Assembly (NCBI GenBank): GCA_008632985.1
Contig: QPGO01000111.1
Location: 186,001-250,000, forward strand
DNA from: Psammoneis japonica
Lineage: Eukaryota
Reading direction: 5' to 3'
Length of the DNA stretch: 64,000 nucleotides
Within the stretch, counting starts at the first letter, position 1, and each line of letters opens with the position of its first letter. This document shows positions 13,179 to 24,205 of the stretch, one piece after another. The notes beneath the pieces were generated by a model. That model had not been told where the DNA came from. It saw nothing but the letters and a program-made list of their open reading frames with translations, and did no database searches. A program made the translations under genes and the position numbers.

Positions 13179-14342
13179 TGGCACGTGTTTAGCTTCTCCA
13201 AGTTTGAATTGCCGTTCAACGAGAATACGGTGTTGAGAAGGTGACCGACGTTGGATCTTTCGATCAAGATCTGGATGAGTTCTCCGACATTTCATTTGCG
13301 CCAAATTTTACTAAAGGTTGTGGCCACGTACTCACTCCATGCATGTGAAGAAGGGCGAGAACTCGGTGAACCTTCCATTTCTGAAACTCGTGTGATTGAC
13401 GTTCATGCGGGAGAGATCTTTTCACAAGGGGGGGGGCGATTCTCCTTGCAAGGCGCTCGAATCACAGGATTGGTGGAATCATGATTCAATCTTGTTCCAA
13501 GACCGTGACAGCTTTGGCTCTCCACGCAGCTATGCCAACACTGGGTGGTCGGGAGTGTATGACCTTATACCTTTCCCAGGAGAAAGTGACACCGACTGGT
13601 CCTTCGCTTTCCCCGCACATCGTAGGCGGGGCGTTATTGCGTGGCCAACGATTTGACAGGTGTTGATCAAGCGGGGTCCTCTCATTCAAGTACGATACGT
13701 GAACGGTCATCTTGTTTTCTTAATACTCCAGACCGATTTGTTCCTAACTTGGATTGGCTTGAACCGGTGACAGGCTTGGCTGTGGACAGATGTCACCGTG
13801 GTGGCCGCCGACAAGAAGAACGATCAGAAGCTTAGAACACCCCGTGGTAACAACACAGATATTTGTGGTCGGCAAGTTGGTCTATTTTACTCAGCAAGTC
13901 GACCGTGATCGATGTATTCAACTTTGTCGAGATTTACCACCCTCAACACCCTTGTCGAAACGGTTTGCCGAATTGGCCGAAATGGATTGCGAATATGAAA
14001 TGCTCCAACTTAACGAGGAGAAAGACAAAAAGACCGGTGAAGGCCATGAAGTCAGTCCAATCCCGCCACACCATTTACTCCAAGGCAAGACGCTCAACAA
14101 CACGGGTGTTTCTACAGTATCGTTGGTGCAAACGAGTGAATCGAAGAAGGACGGACGAATGAAAACCCTTCAGTATTAATGGAGTGCATTCATCGGCCTG
14201 ATTCCGACTCATGTTATGGTCGATTATTTTGGGCTGGCCTTTTTTTTAAAATGGCAGTGCCCTATTACTACTATTGCTTAAACCACAGCCACACTGCGAT
14301 ATAATCACAAGAAAACTGAAAGACAGAATCAACAAACGCCAT

Positions 14343-14729
14343 CTAGTCAAATCGACCCAACAAGGTAAGAAATTGTTTATCGTCTGGGAATTCCTTCAGG
14401 CCATTCTCCAAAGTCCTCTTGTAGGCCGGTATGTTATTGGACATGCCATACGAATTCGCTAGCATTTCATATGCCACGTTGAGCTCATTCCAGCCTTCCA
14501 CGGGTGGGAGCGTCACCGCTTTCTCCAGGTACGGTATGGCCTCAACTGGTTTACCTTGCAACATCAAAGCGCTGCCTAAATTAACGTAATGACCTAGCAT
14601 ATAGGTTTGTTCCGTTTCGACTAGATAACGGAAATCAGCCTCGGCCAACACAGCGTCTCCGTTTTTCATGTGTTTCGCTCCACGACTTTGAATCAACCAT
14701 ATTCTGTCTGATCGACTCATCGTTGCCAT
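14343..14729 (-). CDS. Small TPR-repeat protein
   Basis: 128-aa ORF containing TPR consensus segments HYVNLGSALMLQGKPVEAIPYLEKAVTLPP and AYEMLANSYGMSNN...GLKEFPDD. Confidence 0.7.
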   Translation of the reverse strand: MATMSRSDRIWLIQSRGAKHMKNGDAVLAEADFRYLVETEQTYMLGHYVNLGSALMLQGKPVEAIPYLEKAVTLPPVEGWNELNVAYEMLANSYGMSNNIPAYKRTLENGLKEFPDDKQFLTLLGRFD

Positions 14730-14829
14730 GATCTTGTTGTCGTACTTATTGCTGTGCGAAGACACTTGCGTTGGTCCCATCAACCAGAGCCCCAAGAAGC
14801 ACACAAAGAGAACGCCTCAAAGCTTCGAT

Positions 14830-16990
14830 CGGCTCTGCAGTTTTGCATGGTGACAGAGTCCTGCTTCTCCAAAGGGACAATGACCAATGCTTGTTGGATG
14901 TGGCTCTAGATTCTGCCCAATTCTCTTCATTGGAAATTTGATGGATCAACAGCTGCTGCCGTCTGCAAGTCCTTGCCATCTCCGACGTCATGCTCTTGCC
15001 AGAAGCGGATGCTGGAATTTGATGAATCTAAGTTCTGCAGCAATCCCACTTTTTTGAGCAGTGGCAGCAATTTCAACAATGCCAAAGAAGAAAAGTCATG
15101 CCACTGGTGGGCTTGGGGCCCATGGATTTGTCTGAGCGAATTGTTGTGCGCCACCCTGACTCCAATCGCTTGATTGCTCCTCTGGGAGGTTGGTTGCGCC
15201 CCCCCTTCCAAGATGTGTGCAGTGCACAGGCTGCAACGCATTTCTCTCCAGCTGACAAACACCTCCATTCTGGATCAATTGGATGAAAAAACTCTTTCCT
15301 GTTTGAGATTTGTTCAACACTTGATGGCAGATGGCAGCCCCCCCCCCCCCCCCCCCGCCCCTCTCATCAATGAAGACTTGCCCTGGAAACTCCCTTGACT
15401 CTTCCTGGCTTGCTTCAAGAGCACTTGCAGACCCTGTCTTCTTTTGGGAATCTGCTCTTTTCTCTTTTCTTGGATCTGAAGTTTCGCATGTCTCCCTGGC
15501 TCCACAACTTGGTTGACCAGTGCCTGTGATTGTTTCCAGATGAATGAGCATCGCAGCAGAGAGGAGTGATGGGTCAGCGCACCTTCAATGTGCAACCTTT
15601 GGATGGACTGTGACAGTCAATGGCTCCCATTTGGTCAACTTGCAGGAGACCCATCTTTGGACACTCTACATCTTCACACCATGCAGAAGACACACTCTCC
15701 CTCACATGTGATTTGTCTCCCTGTGGCATTCTAGAATTTTGTCAGGTTGTGAGACATGAAGGGATGGACAACTGGTGTGACAATGAAGCCCCGCAAATGC
15801 CCTTCTTTCTTTGTCCATTTCACAACCAACCACCATCAACCCACTTGATCAAGCTCACCCAGAGAAAGACTTTCATCTTTGGGATCACGGAGCCAATGTG
15901 GTGCTGTCATTGGACTGGGCTGTAAAAATGAAATCTTCCAGTCATCATCCCCCAAAATTGAGTGCCTTGTTAGATTTTTCTGTGCCTGGTCAAGTTGCAA
16001 CCACAATGTGGGTCAAAGGACACCAAGATTTGTGTGTGTGCCAGTGGCTCAACATGCCAGCAGACAAACTGGCCAGTCATGAACATCTCAGAGCCCATCA
16101 GATTGTGTGATCACAGCCAGGCTAAAAGCAACCCCCTCAGCCATGCAGTTGCAGCCTCTGCCCCAACAGAGCACATCTGAGAATGAAGTGGCTGGGATGA
16201 AATGGCAGCAGATGTGGCAGATGGAAAGTGCACACTGCCCTTGTCCAGCAATTCTCTAAGAAAAAGCATGTGTGTCAATGACCAAGCTGATCTGTGACAT
16301 GCTCCCCACAAATGGTGAGATTGGTGCCAACCAACACAGTCCAGTGAGACTGCACTGTTGTCTTGCTTGTGAGCATCCAACGGAGGACAAGGATCACATG
16401 CTCAAATGCCCTGACAATGAAGCCTGACAACAATTTTTTTCAAGGCCTTTGCAAGCATTGTGATGAGATTGACACCCCTTGCAAGATTTCCTTTTGTCTT
16501 CTCTTGAGGCATGGCTCTGCAACCAGATGGTGCACAAATCAGATGTGTGCCCCATCATGCTTTGCCCACTGTGGAAAGCTCAGTCAGAAATTGGCTGGCA
16601 CCAAGCACTCAATGGTTGCTGCTTGACCCTGCTGTGGAATGCCTTCCAGGAGCTGCACCTCCAAGAGTTGAGAATTTTAGAGCAGCACCACAAAGAAAAC
16701 CAACTCCCCAGTTTGGGCAGCTCAGATCAGATCACACATGTGGTGGTCATGGTGAGAACTTTGGGAGAAGCACAGTGAGGCCAGGTGGCTCATTGCCATG
16801 ACACACAGAGATGCTTTTTGGGAGTTTTCTCAACATCAACAAGCAGAAGCAGAGAGAGAGAGAGAGACAGGCACCACAGCATCAACTCACCCAAGCTCCA
16901 CCATCCAACAATGCAGCGCACACTGGCAAGCTCCTGGAAACAACTTGCTCTCCGAGCACCCAGCTCAGGGGAGCTGTCAAGCTCGTCCGT
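14830..16990 (+). mobile_element. Degenerate non-LTR retrotransposon 3' part with RNase H (diatom Ambal-like)
   Basis: Ordered RNase H motifs across frames: SDGSAH..ATFGW, PIFGHSTSSHHAE, WCDNE, WVKGHQD..WLNMPADKLA. Downstream QSEIGWHQALNG motif. Strongly TpA-depleted. Confidence 0.7.
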
Positions 16991-17049
16991 GGCAGCCTGC
17001 ACACCCTGAAGCCTGAATCTCAATGTGCAAGTCACAGGACAAGGGCCTG

Positions 17050-17400
17050 GGTGTGTGGGTGCTCCTTTTTTCTGGCTCCACCTTGACAGCACTTTCTTCT
17101 TTTGGAGTGCATGACGAGATTTGCTGTGGTGCAGAGTCGTGCTCTGACAATGACAAACATCCAAGGAGGGTCAAGCTGAGACACCACCGGAAGGTCGTTG
17201 CCACAAACAAGTTTGTGTTCCCAGTGCTTGAAGCCACCCAGCTTGGCTGCTTTCTGCACCCAAACATCATGGTTGGCCTTGCCAGAGTGAAAGCCCACCT
17301 CGCAAAGGGTCGCAGCCACGTGAGATCTCGGAATCTTGCACATGAGCTCTTGAGACCACACAGCACCCTCACTGTCTTGAGGCTTGAGGGGTCATCCCTC
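17050..17400 (-). mobile_element. Ty1/Copia reverse transcriptase fragment (CoDi-like)
   Basis: RVLCGLKSSCARFRD / HVAATLCEVGFHSGKANHDVWVQKA...EHKLVCGNDL is a decayed form of RALYGLKSSG..., GF..CKADPDVW and LVYVDDL. Confidence 0.8.
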
Positions 17401-17696
17401 ATTCTGCTTCCCACATTCCAGGCAAACTGCAGCACAGCATTGCTCCTTGGCACGGATTTTGTCTTATGCCGGCAGCAGGGCCCTAAATCCTTCACTTTCG
17501 CCGGACAACAAGTCAAAAAGCTCGTCAGAAACCTCGCACTGTACGTATTTTCTACGACAAGTTTGTGCTGCAAAGTGATTGGAAATCTTTGACAGAACGC
17601 GCCAAACGACCAAAGCCACTCGTGATCATGACTCATCGATCTCACAATTTGTAAACCTCGTCTCTCTCCTCTCGCATCCCGTCTCCCGTTTCCATC

Positions 17697-18740
17697 ATGT
17701 CTCTCCAGACTGTTCTTGCTATTGTCGTTGACAATAGCGTCCTCGATCTTCGAATGATCAACGACACCATCTGTTGTTTGTCTCGGGAGTATCGTGAGAT
17801 TGGAACGAGAGCCATGGAGGAACACGCTCAGGTTCAACGAGGCTTAGAGAGAATCAATTGTGATTACAAATTTCACTACTGTACTCTATGCAGCAAGCCT
17901 CATGTTGTGGATGGGTCGTGGCGACCAAATAATTTATGCAGTTGCCGTCTGGATGATAGGGTGCTAGAACACGCCCGAGAAATCGAGCGGCGTGCCCGTC
18001 TTGCAGCTGTGGGGGATCCATCCATGGATCCTTCCTTTGCGTCGCTCTCGTCCAAGACCAAGGCAATTCGCATACTTTCCTTTACGGCGGCTTTTTCAAA
18101 CTCTGTCGTTACGTACGTTTGCGGCTCACGGTGGCTTTATCGAATGAGTGCTGTTCCTCTGTTTCATCTTGGCCTAGGCGAAATGATGATTCAGTTTAAT
18201 CGCACGGCTTGCAGTCTTCTCAGTACCTGCATATATTTCAATCTGCTCCTCAAGGAGTTCTGTTGCTCCAGTCGAAGTGAGCACCCCACACGTCTGTTGG
18301 ATATTGGTCTTGAGGTCTTAAGTGTGAAGGATACTTCTGATGTAGATCGATACAATGAGTTGCTCGGCGACGACGACGCATGCGTTGAGACGTTTCTCGG
18401 AGGTGACGAAACACACGTTGACAAAATGTGGACTGCAATTACCGATTCCTTTTTGGAGATTCTTGCTCTCGGCGCTCCGGACGATGCCACACTGAATGAA
18501 GGTCTCATGAATTTGGGAAACTCCATTGGTATCTTTTTGTCCCGCAAAAACGTAATGGCGCTCCTTGATCCCGAAATAATCCAGTTCATGCTCGCAAGTT
18601 TGCCAGAGACATTTGTTTGGATGCCAATCTATGGTGGGCGTCGTGAAGACTACGTTCCTCCCGTGAACCAGTTTGCCCAGCATGCGGAGCGCGTCCAATG
18701 TCCACAACAATTGGGTCTGAACAGAATGGGGGATACGTGA
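17697..18740 (+). CDS. Uncharacterised tandem-family protein, copy 1 (HYCxxC..H..CxC motif)
   Basis: Intact 347-aa ORF, clearly paralogous to the ORFs starting at 19730 and 21847. Confidence 0.75.
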   Translation: MSLQTVLAIVVDNSVLDLRMINDTICCLSREYREIGTRAMEEHAQVQRGLERINCDYKFHYCTLCSKPHVVDGSWRPNNLCSCRLDDRVLEHAREIERRARLAAVGDPSMDPSFASLSSKTKAIRILSFTAAFSNSVVTYVCGSRWLYRMSAVPLFHLGLGEMMIQFNRTACSLLSTCIYFNLLLKEFCCSSRSEHPTRLLDIGLEVLSVKDTSDVDRYNELLGDDDACVETFLGGDETHVDKMWTAITDSFLEILALGAPDDATLNEGLMNLGNSIGIFLSRKNVMALLDPEIIQFMLASLPETFVWMPIYGGRREDYVPPVNQFAQHAERVQCPQQLGLNRMGDT

Positions 18741-19729
18741 GCAACTCTCTCATGGACTATTTCTCTCAAATATAGCTTGATCAGTTGAGCTCAAATGAGC
18801 CAGTTGTTGATTCGGAAGTAGAAAAAAACGGAATGATCGTTGGGAATGAAGCACGAGAAAACGAACGAACAGGTAAGGACAAAGCTTGCTGTTTTGACCT
18901 GAGAAGCTGACACAGCATTTGGTACTATACATTGTGCTAAAATAGTATTAATAATGAGTTGTCGGTCTGATTTCTTCGCAAAATTAAGATTGTGCGATCT
19001 GCCCCTTGGGAGCTCTGTTTCAGCACACTCTGGGGAGCATCTCTAGCTTGATATCTGTGATCATTCCTTCGTTCTTTGGTTCTGTGTTGTCTGTATTTTG
19101 CGATACTTTGGAAAATTGCAACGGTACAAGTTCAAAGGAGGACAACCACTTCTCTTCTGGCCGTGCGACTTGGTTTCCTGTGTTCCCGCTCATCTCTTGG
19201 TACTCTCTAGTAGAGAGCGCTAATTCGTGAGCTTCCAGCATACTTGGATTTTCCCGGTTAGGCTGATATGATACGGTTAGGCTGAAATGATACAGCCTAG
19301 CAAATGAGGATACATCCTAAGCATCTACAGCAACTTTTCCCTTGTATCCAGCCATCTCAATCTAGCTAGCTAGCCCTACTGCTAGCCACTAGAGCTAAGA
19401 GCTACTAGCTAGCTATCTAGCTAGTTAGCTAGAAGTAGCTACTCTCTAGTAGCTCTAGAGAGTATCATAGGGGAGTTCAAGCACCTGTATCCGCGCAGGT
19501 AGCGATCTTTTTTCCAAAATAGCTCGTACCGAATTTTTACGTAAGGTTGTAGTGCATTCCTACGGGTGATGTTTTCAGCTCGGAACGCGATGATGGATCC
19601 AGGATGATGATGATTCGCGAAACTCTTTGCAAAACTCAGAAGAAGCAAAACATACCAACGACCAAGCCACAAACCACTTGCACCTCTGTCGCAGCTGCTC
19701 CTCTTAACGCTTGTTACTTATTTCTCATA

Positions 19730-20776
19730 ATGTCGCTACAGACTGTTCTTACTATTGTCGTTGACAACAGCGTTCTCGATCTTAGCATGATCAACGGCAC
19801 CATCCGCTCTTTGTCCCGTGAGTTTCGTGATGTCGGAACGAGAGCTATGGAGGAACACGCTCAGGTTCGACAAGGCTTGGATGCAGTCAATTCTGACTTT
19901 AGGTTTCACTATTGCACTCTATGCGATAAGCCCCACGTCATGGACGGGTCTTGGCCACAAAGTGATCTATGCGATTGCCGTCTGGATAGTTCGGTGCAAG
20001 GACACACTCGTGAAATCCAGCGACGTGCTCGTCTTGCTACTATGGGAGATCCGCGCATGGATCCTTCCTTTGCGTTACTTTCGTCCAAGAGCAAGACAAT
20101 CTGCTTGGCTCACTTTGTCAAGCAATTTTCAGAATTAATGGTGGAATATGTTTGTGGCAAAGGGTGGCTCTATCGAATGAGTGCCTTTCCTCTTCTTCAG
20201 ATCGGTCAAGCTCTAGACATGAGTCTGTATAATCGCACAGCTTGCGGTTTACTCAATACCTGTATCTACATCGACTTGCTCCGCAAGGAGTTTTGTTGCG
20301 ACAACCGCAGTGAGCACCCCACTCGTTTGTTGGACATTGGTCTTGAAGTCATGGCGGCGGCAAGGGATCAGACCGAACTAGATCGCTACAATGCGTTGCT
20401 CTCCGACGACGCAGCATGCCTAGAGAAGTTCCTCGGTGGTGACAGAGCACTCACAAAAAGCATGATTTCTGCCATTTTCGATTCCTATGTGGAGATTGTG
20501 ACGCTTGGCACTCCAGACGGTGCCACAATCATGGATAATCTGAAGAATCTGGGAAACTCGATTGGCATCTTCTTGTCTGACGATAGTGTAAGGGTGTTTC
20601 TTACTGACCAAATGATCCATACCATGTTTGCAAGCTTGCCCGAGACCTTTGTATGGATGCCAGTCTACGGTGGGCGTCGTGAGGACTACTTTCCTCCTGT
20701 AAATCAGTTTGCTCACCTTGCAGCTGCGCGCAACCATGAAGGAGACGCCGCTCTGGAGAACCAACCAGAAGAATAG
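19730..20776 (+). CDS. Uncharacterised tandem-family protein, copy 2
   Basis: Intact ORF MSLQTVLTIVVDNSVLDL...SEHPTRLLDIGLEV...WMPVYGGRREDYFPPVNQFAH, co-linear with copy 1. Confidence 0.78.
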   Translation: MSLQTVLTIVVDNSVLDLSMINGTIRSLSREFRDVGTRAMEEHAQVRQGLDAVNSDFRFHYCTLCDKPHVMDGSWPQSDLCDCRLDSSVQGHTREIQRRARLATMGDPRMDPSFALLSSKSKTICLAHFVKQFSELMVEYVCGKGWLYRMSAFPLLQIGQALDMSLYNRTACGLLNTCIYIDLLRKEFCCDNRSEHPTRLLDIGLEVMAAARDQTELDRYNALLSDDAACLEKFLGGDRALTKSMISAIFDSYVEIVTLGTPDGATIMDNLKNLGNSIGIFLSDDSVRVFLTDQMIHTMFASLPETFVWMPVYGGRREDYFPPVNQFAHLAAARNHEGDAALENQPEE

Positions 20777-21846
20777 GAGCAATGCTTTTTGGGGTGTACT
20801 TGCTCTGCCAAAGGGGAATATGAGAAGAACAACTTGAGGGACAGTTCTCTCTATATAGTTTTTCTAGCTCTGTAAAACGGGAATACGAGAGGAACAACTT
20901 GAGGGACAGTTGGAAGAAAGAGCAAGAATAAAAAGAAGTGATCGTTCGACGTGAAAATGGGGATGTACGACATGCTGTAGCGAGAAACATATGAAAACAA
21001 TGAAGGCTGCTACGGGGATATAGCAAGCGCCAATCCTAGGTATAGTGCTACAAGTTCGCATGTGCTTTCTGTGTTGTGTTGAAGGTGTGAGTTCTGGCTC
21101 CATAGATTGCTTATGTAGCTTGAAATTTCTGCATGTTGTAAACTAATTCGACACACTCCCGCAATGTAGGGGTCAATCCTTGGAACTGTGGTTTTGCACT
21201 GTTCATAAAACGGGGTTCTGTACTGTCTATACAGCGACAGTGCGGAACATTGCAGGGACGACCTCTTCTCTTTTGGCCGTGCGACTTGGTTTCGTGTTCC
21301 TGCGCATCTCTGGAATTCATTGGCGAGCTACCAGCAGCGAATCAACATTCTTGGGGGACGTCCTAAGCATCTCTAGCTAGTACAGCAAGTTTTTGCTCGC
21401 ACCAGGCCATCTCAATCTAGGCCCTAGTTAGTTGTCACGAGTAGTTCTTGCCTAGAGGGTGCGATTAGTCCTCCACAGTACTGCTGTAAAACAGTGTAGC
21501 TAGAGAGATACTCTTTTCTCTCTCTAAGCTCTAGAGAGTAGAAAGTAGCTACTTTATTGTACTGTAGATAGTATGATAGCGATGCAATCTAATCTCTCGC
21601 TACCACCTACCCGAATGACATGAGGTTAGTACCGGTAGATAGAGCGATCTCCTTCCAAAAAGCTCGTACCAAATTTCTACGAAAGTTTGTACTGTATTCG
21701 TACAGGTGATGTTTTATGACACATCGGAACGCGCTTCGCACACAAGCAAAACTTGAGATCACGACTTTTGCACATTGAACATCTGTCGCAACTGTTTCGT
21801 CGCTGTTGGCTATTGTTCTCTTAACGCTTGTTACTTATTTCTCATA

Positions 21847-23114
21847 ATGTCGTCGCTACAGACTGTTCTTACTATTGTCGTCAACAACAGCGTCCTCGAT
21901 CTTGGCATGGTCAACGACACCATCCGCTCTTTGTCCCGTGAGTTTCGTGACGTTGGAACGAGAGCTGTGGAGGATCACGCTCAGGTTCGTCAAGGCTTGG
22001 ATACAGTCAATTCTGACTTTAGGTTTCACCATTGCACTCTGTGCTCTGTGCGACAAGCCTCACGTCGTGGACTGGTCGTGGCCAGAAAGCGATCTGTGCG
22101 ATTGCCGTCTGGATGGTTCGGTGCAAGGACACACTCGCGAGATCCAGCGACGTGCTCGTCTTGCGGCTGTGAAAGACCCGCGCATGGATCCTTCCTTTGC
22201 GTTACTTTCATGCAAGACCAAGATGCTCCGCTTGGTTTGCTTTGCCGGGAGATTTTCAACCTTCATCGCGGAACATGTTTTGTGGCAAAGGGTGGCTCTG
22301 TCGAATGAGTGCCGCACCGTTGTTTCAGATTGGTCAAGCTCGAGACATGAGTCTTTATAACCGCACAGCTTGCGGTTTACTCAGCACCTGCACATGTGTT
22401 GACTTGCTCCGCAAGGAGTTTTGTTGCGACAACCGCAGTGAGCACCCCACTCGTTTGTTGGACATTGGTCTTGAAGTCTTTGCCGCTATGAACGGCGGGG
22501 ATCAGTCCGAAGAAGTTCGTTACGATGCGTTGCTCAGCGACGACCTCGCATGTATGGAGCATTTTCTTGGCGGTGACGATGAACTTGCGAACAGCATGAT
22601 TCATGCCGTTTTGGATTCCATGGCGGACATTTTGGCGCTCGGCACTTCAAACGGTGCCACAATCATTGACGGTCTCAGGAATCTGGGGAACTCGATTGGC
22701 ATCTTCTTGTCTGACAGCAGTGTAAGGATGTTTCTTGATCACCAAATGATCCAATCCATGTGTTCAAACTTGCCCGAGACCTTTGCACGGATGCCAGTCT
22801 ACGGAGGGTGTCGTGAGGACTGCGTTCCTCCCGTGAATCAGTTTGCTCACCTCGCCGCTGTGCCCAACCATGAAGGAGACGACGCACTTGAAAACGAGAC
22901 CCCCCAAGAAGAGTGGGTGCAATGCGCTTTGGGGTGTGCCAGCTCTCTGCAGAAGGGGAGCACGAAAGGAACAACTTCGGGGACAGTTTCTCTTCTTGTG
23001 TTTTGTGTAGACGAGCTCGTTCTTGATTTTGAAGAAAGAGCAACAAAAAGCAGTGAGATCCGGCAATGTGAAATGGGAATGTACAGCACAGAGCGAGAAT
23101 TCTGGAAAGAATGA
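21847..23114 (+). pseudogene. Uncharacterised tandem-family protein, copy 3 (decaying)
   Basis: 7-nt duplication (CTCTGTG x2, ~22037-22050), extra T at ~22280, several Tyr->Cys/His changes, and the homologous stop TAG reads TGG (~22914), extending the frame to 23114. Confidence 0.8.
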
Positions 23115-24123
23115 AGGTTGCGCCTGTCATGAGCACAGATGGTCCCATGAGTTCGCACCAGAATTGACTTTCTGTGTGGTGTTGTTTGGCAGAGTTCTGG
23201 TTAAAGAGATTTCTTGACATAGCTTGAAATTCCTCATAATGCAGACTAAGTCGACACACTCACGCAGCTTAGGGATCAATCCTAGGACCTCCGGCTTTGC
23301 ATTGTGCAGCATGACGGGCTGCTCCGGAGCACTGGATTTCAGATTGAAGGTGCCCCTGCGGCTTTCGCACGGATTGGCAGAATTGAAGAGGACCACGAAG
23401 AAACGACCGAAATGCGATCACCGGACCTGAAAAATAGGTTCGCGTACAATGTAATGATCTAGAGAGTAGATTTATCCTTTTGTTGCTGCGACCACTTCTA
23501 CAGCACCGTAGCTTCCCACCCTGTCTGGGTGGTGAAATAACACGAGGCAACGGAAGAGAGCCATGCGCCCAAGAAAGACAACATATCCTTCCTTTTTACT
23601 TTGATTCTCTTACAAATTTAGAATTCTTCTGTAATGTCCACTAAAAAGTGGGTTGACTACATCACAGGCTCAGCTACATCTACCGGTGCCGGCACGGAGA
23701 AAAAGTGAGGTGACGAAACCGAGCGACAGACGAACTCTAGTCGTAGAAAAAATAACCCCCGGACATCTTCCGTTGATTATTTTGCTATTTGATTATAAAA
23801 GGTATACACCTTTGTAGATCTTATTAGAACTTTCTATGGCTTGAATTTTCTAAGTTTTGGCGGGTGTCTCCTTCAACGGCTCTATAAGCCGATAGTCCCT
23901 AATTAATAATGTCTATTCAAACTGTTTTGAACCTGTTATACATCCAATTGTATATGTGCATTTATAAACTCATATTTAACTGAATTTTTAACGGTGTTTC
24001 GCCTGCGAGCTCACATCTGAAACTGAACAAGATCAAAAAGCGCGGTCTTTTTTTAATTTTCGACGACGTGGCTACTGTCAACGCGGAGACGCAGAGCGGG
24101 AGGTGCAAAAGATACGTCGGCAA

Positions 24124-24141
24124 GTGTGTGTGTGTGTGTGT
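24124..24141. repeat. (GT)n microsatellite
   Basis: gtgtgtgtgtgtgtgtgt upstream of the PPR gene. Confidence 0.9.
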
Positions 24142-24205
24142 TTGAGAAGGAGCTCGTTTCTATTGTATACTGCACCATGTTGTTCTGAGTTAAAATTGAA
24201 CAGTT

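Noticed and set aside
13790..14179. 129-aa ORF
   Set aside because: No recognisable motif or supporting gene structure.
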